Assembly: GCF_009914755.1 (NCBI RefSeq)
Contig: NC_060942.1
Reading direction: 5' to 3' (one strand)
Length of the DNA stretch: 64,000 bases
DNA from: the human T2T-CHM13v2.0 reference genome, Homo sapiens
This document shows, in pieces, positions 33,387 to 48,009 of the stretch. Each line of letters opens with the position of its first letter. Within the stretch, counting starts at the first letter, position 1. Made by a program: the position numbers and the translations under genes. Under the pieces are notes generated by a model. The model searched no databases. It was not told the origin of the DNA and saw only the letters and a list, made by a program, of their open reading frames with translations.

Positions 33387-34830
33387 CCATTGATGGGCAC
33401 CTAGGTCAATTCAATGTCTTTGCTATAGTGAATAGTGCTGCAATGAACATGCAACTCCATGTGCCTTTCTTTCTCTGCAGCCTTGCAAGTATCTGTTGTT
33501 TTTTGACTTTATAATAATAAGCATTCTGGCTTGTGTGAGATGGTATCTCGTTGTGGTTTTAATTTGCATTTCTCTGATGATTAGTGATGTTGAGCATTTT
33601 TTTATGTTTGTTGGCCACTTGTATGTCTTCTTTTGAGAAGTGTCTGTTCATGTCTTTTGCCCATTTTTTATTTTTTACTTTTTCTTCTTTTTTCTTCTCC
33701 TTTCTCCTTCTCCATCTCCTTCATTCTTCTTTTGCCCATTTTTAATGGGTTAATTGGTTTTTGCTTATTGAATCTAGTTCCTTATAGATTCTGGATATAT
33801 TAGATCTTTGTCATCTGCATAGTTTGTGAATATTTTCTCCCATTCTGTAGGTTGTCTCTTTACTCTGTTGATGGTTTCTTTTGCTGTGCAGAAGCCCTTT
33901 AGTTTAATTAGGTCTCAGTTGTCAAATTTTGTTTTTGCTGTAATTGCTTTTGAGGATTTAGTCATAAATTCTTTCTCAAGACCAATGCTGAGAATGGTGT
34001 CTCCTAGGTTTTCTTTTAGAACTCTTATAGTTTGAGGTCTTACATTTAAATTATTAATTCATCTTGATTTAGTTTTTGTATATGGTGAAAGGTAGGGGGT
34101 CTAGTTTTAATCTTCTGTATATGGCTAGCCAGCTATCCCAGCACCATTTATTGAATAGGGAGTCCTTTCCCCATTGCTTTTTTTCTGTCAGCTTTGTCAA
34201 AGATAAGATGGCTGTACATGTGCAGCTTTATTTCTGGGCTCTTTATTCTGTTCCATTGTTCTATGTATGTGTTTTTGTACCAGTACCATGCTGTTTGGTT
34301 TCTGTAGCCTTGCAGTATAGTCTGAAGTCAGGTAATACGATGCTTTGTTATTTTTGCTTAGGATTGCTTTCACTATTTGGGCTCTTTTTTAGTTCCTTGT
34401 GAATTTTAGAGTAAGTTTTTTTGGTTCTGTGAAAAATGACATTGGTAGTTTGATAGGAATAATGTTTAATCTATAGATTGCTTTGGGGAGTATGGCCACC
34501 TTAATGATATTGATTCTTCCCACCCATGAGCATGGAATGTTTTTCCAGTTGTTTATATGTCATCTTTGATTTCTTTTAGCCGTGTTTTGTAGTTCTCCTT
34601 GAAAAGATCTTTCACCTTCTTGGTTAAATGTATTCCTAGATATTTTTCTCTGTGTGTGCCTATTGTAATTGGGATTGTGTTCTTGATTTTCTCTCAGCTT
34701 GAACATTATTGGTGTATAGAAATGCTACTGACTTTTGTACACTGATTTTGTATCCTGAAACTTTACTGAATTCATTTATCAGTCCCAGGAGCCTTTTGGC
34801 AGAATCTTTAGGGTTTTCTAAGCATAGAAT
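33387..34830 (-). mobile_element. L1 (older L1PA/L1PB) ORF2 3' region fragment
   Basis: gagatggtatctcgttgtggttttaatttgcatttctctgatg...tgtatcctgaaactttactgaattcatttatcag...tctttagggttttcta. Confidence 0.88.
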
Positions 34831-36649
34831 TAAGTTTTATTTTCAACATTTCGGTGTCAAAAGCTGAAGCGTTCCATCTCAGCTGGCTGACCTGAACAAC
34901 ATTATACTAATATTTACACAATGAAAATGAACATTAATAGTCAAAAACACAATGTCAATATAAAATTGAGTTTAGTCTGATGCTCCTTCTTGGAAAGCTG
35001 ACATGAACCATCTGCCTTTTTGATTATATTAAAACCTATTTTTAACTATAGACAATGCTTATTTCATCTGAAAATACAAATTCAAGTTAGAGTAACACTG
35101 TGATCTTGAACACAAGCATCTTCTTTAGTTATTAGGGCAAATCAGACGGAATAATTGGTGAGCTTAATTCTCTCTGCATTCAGGGTCGAATGAGGTCTCA
35201 TCTCACACATGGAATTCCTCATAAATTCATTACTTGTGGGCAATTAACATTCTACCTCAGATTGTTGCTGTGTTATTATGGGCATATCATATCCCAACTA
35301 GCCCACAAGATCCTAAGACACCATGTCATACGTTCTTTAGTGTTTTGGCCAGTCTTACATGGCACTTTGCACACACAGAGTCTTAAACACGTGGGCAGCT
35401 TGAGTGTTAGATTATGACTGGAGAGAAAGGCAGTCCAACATGTCAAACATGTCTGTTTTCTCACACACTAACACTTTGCTGTTACTTTCAGAGATGACAA
35501 ATATTAGAGTTCAAAAGCTTGAGAAAGTCCTTAGCCAAAGAATCATCAAAGGGTGCATCACCTGCTCACCACCCGCCTCCTTCAAAGAGTCTCTCCAACT
35601 CTCTCCACCCTGCCAAGGGGGCCCACTCCTGTCTGTATGTCCCACAACGTTGTGCCCCTCCCACTTACTGCCTTCCAGCACCTCTTTTGTCATCCCTCTA
35701 TAAAGTCAAGGGGGAAAGCTACATGACCCAGAGCCTATGATCACACCATTCCCAACACCATCATGAGGATTTATTTCAGGAACAGAAATCCCACGTGTGT
35801 TCTTTTGGTCTTTTTTTAGTTAACACCAGGTCATAAGGGAAAATCTGAAGGAGAAATTCTCAATCCTGCAGGTGTTCTTGCTCTGGCTGATGGGGCTTAA
35901 AGGATCTCAGAGAAGAAGCTCTAGAATAATGTTAATACCCTGACGGGCTGAGATGTGGGGCAACACAGGAGCTGGACAGGGAATCTAGCACTTGGCTGCC
36001 ATCAGCCAAAACTTTCCTTGCTCTGAAAATTAGTCCACACTTCACCCTTAACACCCAAACATCTGATTTAATTCTGGCGGCAGAGTGGGGGGGTGGGGTG
36101 TAAGAGAGGACCCTTGCCCTGGGACCCTGATCTGAGGACACGGCACAGGTGTGACTCCTAAGCCACAGCAGCCATCGGGGCGCAAACCTCACCTATGTTC
36201 TTTGGCTCAACCTCAAATCCTGGACCTTGACCCCGCTACCTCTGCCCTTGGGTGTCACAGTGCCTGATAGTTCTCAGGCAGCTCCTGTTTTGGCCCACTC
36301 TGTTCTCCCCTCCCAACCTGCAGTGGCTCTGTGGCAAGGGCAGGAAGGCGCAGCGGGGAAAGGGCAAGGTGACTGTGAGCTACACTGAACTGCCCTGGTC
36401 CCAGCCAACCACCTTCAAAGATCTTTACACTCAGAAGCGAGAAGAGTTTCCCTAGAAGTCACTCAACAGCGACTGATCATCTGAGCACACTCAACACAGC
36501 AGGCACTGCCGGGATACATGTAGGAAAATCCCTTACCTTACTGAGCTTGCACCTTTTGATGGAAGAAACCCCCTAAGTCTTATCAGGTGAAAGCAATGTG
36601 GGGAAACATGGACCTGACTCCTAGACAGAAACTGTACAGTTCTTAAACC

Positions 36650-36826
36650 TTCTATGGTAGTCAGCCTCAAACCTGCACAAAGAATGCAGGAGGTTCTCAA
36701 GCTACACATTTCCAGGCCCAGCCCCTGAGGGTCTGATTTAGTAGGTCTCAGGAAGACCCACGCTGTGCTCTCCAAAGCTCACAAAAGTAGATGGTGCAAA
36801 GGCTGGGTTAAGAATGCTGCTCTAGA
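36650..36826. mobile_element. MER5-family (hAT-Charlie) relic
   Basis: ttccaggcccagcccctgagggtctgatttagtaggtct...gggttaagaatgctgctcta. Confidence 0.55.
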
Positions 36827-37107
36827 TGGTCTCATTTTCCATGGTATGACCTTCATACTGTTTGTTAGTGAAGCATACCACCTAGACAACAAAAGGACAT
36901 GCATCATTTCTTGAACACGAGGGGTCTGCATTTGGTTTCCCTTTCTTTTCTTCTTCGCTATACCTCTTCTTCCCTGTCCCACTGCCATATCCAGGATTAC
37001 AAATGCTGGCCCTTTCACATGCTAACATGAGTTACTAGATGTAACTCAACAGATGTCATGAAAAGTAAACCAAATAAAAAGTTGTAGTTTCCTGCTGTAA
37101 AGAAATG

Positions 37108-37458
<351 letters not shown>

Positions 37459-37714
37459 CTAAAACTCAGACCAAGAAGAACAAAAAGACTATCAGAAGAT
37501 TTGGTGTCTTGGGTAAAGATGATCCCCTGTAAGGCCCAGATGGTCAAGGAAGTCTACACCAGCTGCTCTGTTCACCTTTCTAGTCATGTATGCCAGGATT
37601 CAGGGGTTTCAATGTCTTCTCTAACATCTTGCTTGACTCACCACTCTTAGAAACACATCCAAACAGATCCCTCTAACTGCAGGTAATACTGGCTAATAGA
37701 AGTAAAACCTAACA

Positions 37715-37900
37715 CTTTCTTGAGCATTTATAGTATGCACATTGCATCCTATATCCTTTACGGGTACAACTGATTTAGTCCTCCAACCACCCAAGGAGAA
37801 AGGTAGGGAACCTTTCCTACCTCATGGATGAGGAAACTGAACTGAATGACTTGCCCAAGGTCACAGAGCTGGCAGGTGGCGGCGCCGGGCTCCAGCCCAC
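37715..37900 (-). mobile_element. MIR relic
   Basis: gatgaggaaactga...tgacttgcccaaggtcacagagctggcaggtggc MIR core. Confidence 0.7.
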
Positions 37901-38062
37901 TCTGAAACACTAAAGCTCTGATTAGGTTTGTGGGGTCATTTTCCAGCAGAGCCTACAAATAATTCAAATAAGTTGATGGGCTATCTAGGAAAGTCATTTC
38001 ATTTAAACTAAACCTCTTAAGTGTTGCTTCCTTGCAAAAATATAAGTCCTTCAGTGGCTGAC

Positions 38063-38154
38063 CTTGGAAAACAGCTCAACAGGTGCTGCGACAGCCTTCT
38101 GTTCTTTCAAGTACCACTCCCAAGACCATGCTCCCTGTGCAGCCGCTGAAGGGA
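38063..38154 (-). CDS. L3MBTL4: L3MBTL4 coding exon, 92 nt, phase 1 to 0 (start of MBT repeat 1)
   Basis: Minus strand ttctcttccag|TC CCT TCA GCG GCT GCA CAG GGA GCA TGG TCT TGG GAG TGG TAC...TTT TCC AAG|gtcagc; encodes PSAAAQGAWSWEWYLKEQKAVAAPVELFSK (MBT arm motif WSWxxYL...AAP..LF). Not in the ORF track. Confidence 0.96.
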
Positions 38155-38598
38155 CTGGAAGAGAAAACACAATGACTTTTCTCAAAATGATTAGTGACAG
38201 GAAAATAATAAAACTTACTTGACAATAAACTCAAGAAGCAGGCTAATTAGTTAAATTGGTAGTTGAAAGACCCAGCAACTAAGAAGAGTCTTCTCTCTCA
38301 ATTCATATGAACATTTAGTAAAATCACCTAACCACTCCATATTCAGCTCTTCCTGTTTCGGACCAGGCTAATGAATATGTCTCACCCTCTAGAAAATGCC
38401 TAGTGAACTCTCAAGTTAGGTACCATCTTGCTCCTCTCTAAGAGGGTGAACAGGCACAGGCTTTCTGGAAAGTGATTTAGCTAATTTTACAGTTAATAGT
38501 CTAAAGTTTTTTATAATCTCCTTCCACTTTCATACTTCTTTTTGCTGTGAATGTCAATTGGCACAACCTGTGGAAAGCTAATGTGGCAGTATTTGTCA

Positions 38599-38919
<321 letters not shown>

Positions 38920-39784
38920 CTAAAAGTCGAACCAGCAATTCTCCTAGGAATTTGTCTTAATGCAATCGCAGTAGACACGCCCAAGGGGCAAAACACAAGA
39001 GTTTTTTTCCTAGAATCCCACATCAAATTAAACACTGGAAACAAAGTAAAGGTCCACAAAGGAGGAGGTAATTAAACGCGTTACATGGACATGCCCTTTC
39101 AAAACCAGCCAGTAAATTGCTTTGTAGACAACTGTCTAAAGGCAGAGAAGGACTATGTAATGATATACTACTAAGTAGGAAAAAGAAGCAGTTAAGGAAA
39201 CAAATTGATCATTTTTGGTAAATGTGTAATAGATTAAATGATCATTTTTGGTAAATGTGTAATAGATTAAATAAGACTAAACTTACATAAATCAAAAACA
39301 TTCAAATGAAATCATCTTAAGTGCCAGAATTATAAATAATTCCTTCCCAATTTTCTTTGTGCTTTCTTTTTCTGCTTTCCAAATTTTCTAGATGAATAGC
39401 TAATCTTTGTAATTCAACAAAATTATCATTTTTGAATAACAAAAGCTGGCAAAAAGGATTAATAGTTATCTCAGGTTTACATTCTACTCCCCAGTACTTC
39501 TTCTCTAGGATTACATACTAAGAGAGTAGTTAAGCACTGATAAAAGTTGATGGTAAAAATGTACATCACAAAATAACAGCAAAATGCAAAGTAGTATTAA
39601 TATGGGAAGGAGGTTAAAGAAACTATTGTATATACATACATATATGATTCTGAGGTTATCGAAAACTATATTTTTATGCTTTATGTATTTAATATATTTT
39701 GAGAATTATCTGGGTTAAGTAAAAAAACTAAGTAAAGACACAAAACGGTGTCTATTTAGATCATATCTGCTGTTTTGTGTCCTT

Positions 39785-40222
39785 ACTTATGCTAAGTGAA
39801 ATAAGTTAGGCACAGTGAAATAAGTTAGGCACAGAAAAATAAATACTGCATGATCTTATAGACATGCAATAAAAAAAAGTCAAACTCATTGAAGCAGTGC
39901 TTAGAAAGGTGGTTACCAGAGGCTGGATGACAAAGGAATCGGGAATGGGGAGATGTTGCCCAAAGGATACAACGTTCCAGTTAGACAGCAGGCATAAGCT
40001 TTAGAGATATGTTCCACAGCATGCTGACTATAGTGAATAATGTTATATACCTCAAAACTGCTAAAAAGAATAGATTTTAAATATTCTCATGACAAAAAAC
40101 ATAAGTATGTGAGGTGACGGATATGTTAATTCACTTGATATAATCATTCCACAAGCATATTTCAAAAATTACATTTTACCCCATAAATATATACAATTAT
40201 TTCTCATTTAAAAATAAAAAAA
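39785..40222 (+). mobile_element. L1MA-type 3' end
   Basis: ttatgctaagtgaaataag...aaatactgcatgatct...ggggagatgttgcccaaaggatacaa...gtgaggtgacggatatgttaatt...aaaataaaaa. Confidence 0.85.
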
Positions 40223-40758
40223 CATACATACATATATATTATACAAGTTATTCCATATATTAAGACATTCATTTATTCACATATTTATACAGCAACTTCT
40301 ATGTGCTAAGCAACAGGCATATGTATGTCCACACAACCAAACACATTCACGTAGAAAAGCAATTGGAAAGAAACAGCAGAATACTAACAGTGGCTACATG
40401 TGGATGGCAAGATTGACATAAATATTCTTTCTTTATTTAACACAATCTATATTTTAAAAATTATCTGCAAGTATTACTACTTAGCTATACACACACACAT
40501 CCTTGGAGAATACTCATCAGAAAACGCTGAGTCCTAATTTTAGCATCTATCTTTGCTGTGAATGTTCCAGAAGAAGATGCAGATGGTAAAAGGTCAGTGC
40601 TGCATCAGCACCAGAGATGACAGGAGGTAAGATGCACCTCTCACTAGAACATTTGAAACCTCTCGAGACAATACAACAATGTGACTGAATAACAAACACA
40701 AAATCCATCAATTGGGCAGGAATAATTCACGTAAACTTTTTGTCGTTAAAAAATTTCT

Positions 40759-41149
<391 letters not shown>

Positions 41150-42238
41150 CTAAAGTGAGTAAAATCTGCTGTCTAGTAGATGAAAAATAAATCATATATA
41201 CTTTATTTCTTTTGCTACCCATATATGTTATTGACAACAAAGGGAAGTAATTTAAACATAGCTAATAAAGAAAAACATCATATCAATTTATAGCTAAAAA
41301 TTAGACTCAAAAAAGCATGGACATTAATATTCACTATCTGTCACAACACTAACTCGTTATTGCTAGATACACTTACTAATGTATGAGAAATTTTTAAAGC
41401 ATTTTAATCATCAAATAAGACACCAGAATTGTCATCGATGGATTTTCTTGTATTGTTTGGAAATACTGAGACGTCATGGTGTGATTTCCATCAAGGAGCT
41501 CACAGTCCATTGGCCCATTAGAACGCCTAAAGGTTTGCACTGTTTCTGCCACGAGATGTTTTATTTTGCCAGAGAGAGAAAGCAATCTGACAAACCCTGA
41601 AGATGCTCCAGGAAGACTATTCAACATCCCAATTTCCACACAAGCATTTTGCTGCATTACAGTTATGTGCTTTACAAAAAACATTACAGCAGTGTTGGCT
41701 CTAAAGCAAATACAGATATCTCATTTTCTACAACAGCTGTGTTCTTTAAAAGATTGCATGTAATTTCTCCATTTAGTCATATTTCCAATTGTCATGCATT
41801 ATCACTTCACCGAAAGTAAACTATCTAAGGCCTCCTTTTATGATCACATATGTACCAAAGAACCTTTTAAAATTGATCAAAAATAAGAATACATAATATC
41901 AAGCAATAAAAGCTTTCATTGAATTGCATATTTTGGTGAAGCAAGAGGATTACTCAGTAACATCATGCCTGCAAGTGAGATGAGGGAATACCAAGTTTGC
42001 TTGCACCTCAGAGCCTGTAGACGGGTCCTCCCTGGTCACTGAATTATAAAGGCATTCTCTCACCTCTGTTTCTCACCATGTTGTTTTATTTTTCACAGAA
42101 AGCACTTTAGCTGAAATTAACCATATTCTACTTGGAAGTAGAATATAAGCTTCTAAAAAGGAGGGGAAACTGTCGTGGTATTTTCATCATTGTTTCTCTG
42201 GAGCTACAATCATGCCTTGCCATAAATATTTGTTTAAT

Positions 42239-42530
<292 letters not shown>

Positions 42531-43296
42531 AAATTGTTTAATGAATTAAAGGAAAGGAAGACAGGCAGAATAGCACTCTGGGCCTTAAACATGAATTCAA
42601 ATGTGTCTATTTTGACCAATTCATTTCTCAGTTTCCTGGACAGAAGGAACCAGCTATGAGACAACACTGCTTCAGTCACTAAATTTATTTTTTCTGCTGT
42701 TTTCTCAGACATACTACAGATATGGCACTCATTTTATGGAATATTAGATATTCCATAAACCAACTTCATAAACCCTAAATTCCATTTCTTCTCACTATAT
42801 TCATTGGCTATAGCAAAATGTTCCAATTATTAACCTTCTGCCAAACATTATATAATAAACAAAATATATTTGATTAAATATTACCTGTCACTTAATATAT
42901 ACATATGTATACCAGGTACTGATTGGGATATGTGTATGTGTATACGTGTGTGTGTGTGTGAGCACATATGTGTGAATGTATACATATTCACTTGTTATTT
43001 ACAATATTGAATATTAGATTAATAGCCCTATTTTATTGTTCTGAAAAGCTGAAGCTCATGGAGATCACACAGTTCACACATTTGGAAAACTCTGTATGTA
43101 AACAAAATCCCTAGCTCGGGCACCCCCACTAGACACCGCTGACTCACTCTAGCACACACAGTCAAAATGGAACAGAAATTCCAATTTAATTAGTAACTTT
43201 TAAGTTTAAAAGCACCATAAAATTAAGTTTGCAGGAAAATGAATAAGGTCGCTCATGGATGGTGGCTTTGTAAATTTGATTAAAACTTTTGAAAGT

Positions 43297-43631
<335 letters not shown>

Positions 43632-45144
43632 TTATAGCCAAAAATTAAGATGTTACAATTCACTGATCTATTCATCCCAACTTTAATATTTTATTCTAAC
43701 AATGCAAAAGGAATAAATTCAGCCTTTACAACAGTACAAAGTTGGAAAAATATCTAAATATCCAACAATAGAAGTCAAATTATCGTTATGATCACACATT
43801 ACTTTTTAAATATGAATTAAGCGCAGTTTATATGAACATTGTCTTTAGAACTGCACATGTTTATATACAAATACAAATCATAAGAAAAAAACGAAGACCA
43901 TGTGTTAAGGCAATGAGATTCGTGAAGCAAGACAAAGGCTGACAGATTTGGCCACAAGAACATCCAGTTCTAGGAAACTGCACAGTACTTATCAGTAATT
44001 TTATGAACCCAAAATGCAAATGGCAGGGGTAAAGAATGAATCAACTGTCATTCTTAAGGATACAACCAGGTATATCTTAAGAGTGGCCCTTTCCCAATTC
44101 CATTAGCCATAAACACAACCCTTCATGGTGATATTTCCATTTCATTTCAAAAGTTATGCTGCACGTGACTTCATCAGGAAATGCCTTAGAATATGTGAGA
44201 AACAACTGTCAGTGGCAACCAACCACACTGTTATAAATAGCGCCTTCTTTTGTGGTACCAACTGGAAATGATACGATCTTCCCAATCTGAACAACTGATC
44301 ACTGCTGAACAATACCCCGCTTAGGCCACAGCTGCAGACTCACATTTTAGTCCCTCTGCCAGGTCACTGTGACGGGACCCTTTCCATGCTCTCCCTACAT
44401 TTTTCACGTGCGCAGTCAGGCTGCTTTTCATTTCAGTACTACCGAATTTAAATTCATGTAGTGCTCGTCTCCCCAGGCAAAGCAGGTACTGAGAGAATCC
44501 AACTTCTCCCTCACACCGCATTTACTCGAGTTGGGGAGGCAGGCGTGTAGACAGATAAACATCACCCATAACCTGACATATGGTGGGACTCAGTGTTTCG
44601 ACGAATAAACAGGCAGACACAAGTGCTAATATGCACAGTTAAGAAACCCAAACAATGTGTCTGGAATCAAAATGAAGGAGGATTTACTCTGAACACAGAA
44701 AGCTCCCCGGAGGACAATTCTCTTTGAGACGAAGAGAAATTTGGCAAGCAATCCAGGGAGAAGCAGCATGGGCAAAGCCAGGAGAGTGGAAAGAAAGAGC
44801 TGCTTCTGCAAATGCCAGAGTCTGGGAAGGGTTCAGCACAAAGTTTGCAGGGATCCACTCAGCAGTAGGCTGCACTGCAGGGGCTGGAGGGGCAAACGTG
44901 AGACCATGCAGCTTCCTCAAAGTTGGCCTAGCAGGTTTGGTCTTTAATCTTATGGTTTAGAGAACCACTTGGAGACTTTCGAGTGGTAGGTGATATCAGC
45001 AGAACTTCCTCTATGAATCAGCACTAGGTAAGGATGAAAAGGATGGAGAGACAGGCAGTGGAGACTGAGAATGGCAACACAATAGTCCAAACAAGTGACA
45101 GTGTGGGTGTGACCTAAACAAAGGGGGGCATGCAGTGCCCTCTG

Positions 45145-45510
45145 TGGTTACAGAGCCCGCGGGGCATGAGGGGAACGGTGAAATGAATGTCGAAGGGTAC
45201 AAAGTCTCTGTTAGACCGCAGCAGTGGTTTGGGGTTGGTTTTGTTTTTCGTTTGTTTTTGTTTTTGTTTGGTTTTCAGTTCTATTGCACACCATGGTGAA
45301 TGTGGTTAATAGAGTATTGTACATTTCAAAACTGCTAAGAAAGTAAATTTCAAATGTCCTCTCTGCAAAAACATGTTAAGTATTTGAGGTGATGGCGCGT
45401 TAACTAGTTTTATTTAATTATTCCACATTGTATTTATAAATTATAGTATCACTTTGTACACACTAAAGTAACACAATTTATAAGTTGTCAATTTACAATA
45501 AAAAAGAAAG
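45145..45510 (+). mobile_element. L1MA-type 3' end
   Basis: gaagggtacaaagtctctgttag...ctattgcacaccatggtga...gtatttgaggtgatgg...gtcaatttacaataaaaaa. Confidence 0.8.
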
Positions 45511-46492
45511 GTAGAAAGGAAATTGAGAGAAAATGCAGAAATTCGATCAACAGGCACAGGGTGGGGCGGCAAAGGGAGAAGGCAAAATAGTCCCGAAGCT
45601 GCCGGGCACCAGGCAGGGCCGAAAAGGTGGAGGGACCAGCGCAGAACGCGGAGGAAAGTGTGAGTCATTTTCCGAGACGTTAAACTTTTGGTATCCGGAA
45701 TAATCTACGATAAGTGTACGTAATAATCTGTAAAAAACACACATTCTTAGCAAAGGCAATGCAAAGCTCTTCAAACAGAGGCAGCCATGGGGATGACACC
45801 GAGGAAGAAGAGCCGAGGTCAGGGGAGGCGCTTCCTCGCACCTGAGTGAGGTCGGGGAGGCGCACGAGGGAGGCAGCGTTGGAAGGAGGCGACAGAGACC
45901 TGGGGGCTCCTGGGAGAGGGTTTTCACGGGGCAGGGAGATCAGCAGCGTTAAAGGCTCTGCTCGCCCAAGTAAGATGCAGATGGGAGACACTGCTGGATC
46001 TGACAGCCAGGGTGTCACCGGGACCGCAGAGGCAGAGATTTCAGCAGAGCGATGAGATCAAAAGTCAGACTGCAGAGGTCAAAGCGTGAAAGGAACACCT
46101 GGAGAAGTTTGCAAATGAACTGGGAGGCAGATGACATAAGCTCTTGACGGGGAAAAAGAGAAAGGAAGTCTTCGTTGACTGTTGCTGTTAAGCGTATCAG
46201 GAGACGGGACGTCTCAGTTCTTCCGTTGAGGGAAATGCACCCAGAGAGAGAGAAAAAAAGAAGCCTCTCAGAAAAGAGGGATAATCGACGGGAGAGAGAA
46301 GCAGAACAGACAGGTAGCATTGGGAACACAGGTAGGGGGAGGACCCTGAGATAAAAAGGCGGGTGGTGAATGAGGTTAAAAGCAGAGGAGTTTTAGGCTG
46401 CTAGGGAAGAAGATGGGAGGGCACCCTACCAAATACCCTCACCTCCTTCATGAGGTAGGATGGCATCTGCTAAGAGTAAAGGTCACAGCGAC

Positions 46493-48009
46493 GCCTTCAG
46501 GAGCACGGGGAAAGGGGGAGTTGTGCAGATTCAACTAGGACTGAATATAAGGAACACAGAAGAGTTCTGACAGCCCCACTGCATTAAACTGGTGGTTCTA
46601 CAGAGCGGTGCCTTCAGGAGCACGGGGAAAGGGGGAGTTGTGCAGATTCAACTAGGACTGAATATAAGGAATACAGAACAGTTCTGACAGCCCCACTGCA
46701 TTAAACTGGTGGTTCTACAGAGCGGTGCCTTCAGGAGCATGGGGAAAGGGGGAGTTGTGCAAATTCAACTAGGACTGAATATAAGGAATACAGAACAGTT
46801 CTGACAGCCCCACTGCATTAAACTGGTGGTTCTACAGAGCGGTACCTTCAGGAGCATGGGGAAAGGGGGAGTTGTGCAAATTCAACTAGGACTGAATATA
46901 AGGAACACAGAACAGTTCTGACAGCCCCACTGCATTAAACTGGTGGTTCTACAGAGCGGTGCCTTCAGGAGCACGGGGAAAGGGAGAGTTGTGCAAATTC
47001 AACTAGGACTGAATATAAGGAATACAGAACAGTTCTGACAGCCCCACTGCATTAAACTGGTGGTTCTACAGAGCGGTGCCTTCAGGAGCACGGGGAAAGG
47101 GAGAGTTGTGCAAATTCAACTAGGACTGAATATAAGGAATACAGAACAGTTCTGACAGCCCCACTGCATTAAACTGGTGGTTCTACAGAGCGGTGCCTTC
47201 AGGAGCACGGGGAAAGGGAGAGTTGTGCAAATTCAACTAGGACTGAATATAAGGAATACAGAACAGTTCTGACAGCCCCACTGCATTAAACTGGTGGTTC
47301 TACAGAGTGGTGCCTTCAGGAGCATGGGGAAAGGGGGAGTTGTGCAGATTCAACTAGGACTGAATATAAGGAATACAGAAGAGTTCTGACAGCCCCACTG
47401 CATTAAACTGGTGGTTCTACAGAGCGGTGCCTTCAGGAGCACGGGGAAAGGGAGAGTTGTGCAAATTCAACTAGGACTGAATATAAGGAATACAGAACAG
47501 TTCTGACAGCCCCACTGCATTAAACTGGTGGTTCTACAGAGCGGTGCCTTCAGGAGCACGGGGAAAGGGAGAGTTGTGCAAATTCAACTAGGACTGAATA
47601 TAAGGAATACAGAACAGTTCTGACAGCCCCACTGCATTAAACTGGTGGTTCTACAGAGCGGTGCCTTCAGGAGCACGGGGAAAGGGAGAGTTGTGCAAAT
47701 TCAACTAGGACTGAATATAAGGAATACAGAACAGTTCTGACAGCCCCACTGCATTAAACTGGTGGTTCTACAGAGCGGTGCCTTCAGGAGCACGGGGAAA
47801 GGGAGAGTTGTGCAAATTCAACTAGGACTGAATATAAGGAATACAGAACAGTTCTGACAGCCCCACTGCATTAAACTGGTGGTTCTACAGAGCGGTGCCT
47901 TCAGGAGCACGGGGAAAGGGAGAGTTGTGCAAATTCAACTAGGACTGAATATAAGGAATACAGAACAGTTCTGACAGCCCCACTGCATTAAACTGGTGGT
48001 TCTACAGAG
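46493..48009. repeat. Minisatellite/VNTR, 117-bp unit x about 13
   Basis: Unit gccttcaggagcacggggaaagggagagttgtgcaaattcaactaggactgaatataaggaatacagaacagttctgacagccccactgcattaaactggtggttctacagagcggt starts at 46493, 46610, 46727, ... 47897. Confidence 0.98.

Noticed and set aside
36185-36545. Strong-looking minus-strand donors (TAG|GTGAGG near 36190, AAG|GTAAGG near 36535) as an extra exon
   Set aside because: No convincing paired acceptor or MBT-like coding frame, and exon 38063 joins exon 18704 in frame without it.
46493-48009. Array as a CRISPR locus or a 39-aa coding repeat (117 = 39 x 3)
   Set aside because: Units are head-to-tail with no unique spacers, the context is primate intron, and the common unit has a stop codon in all six frames.
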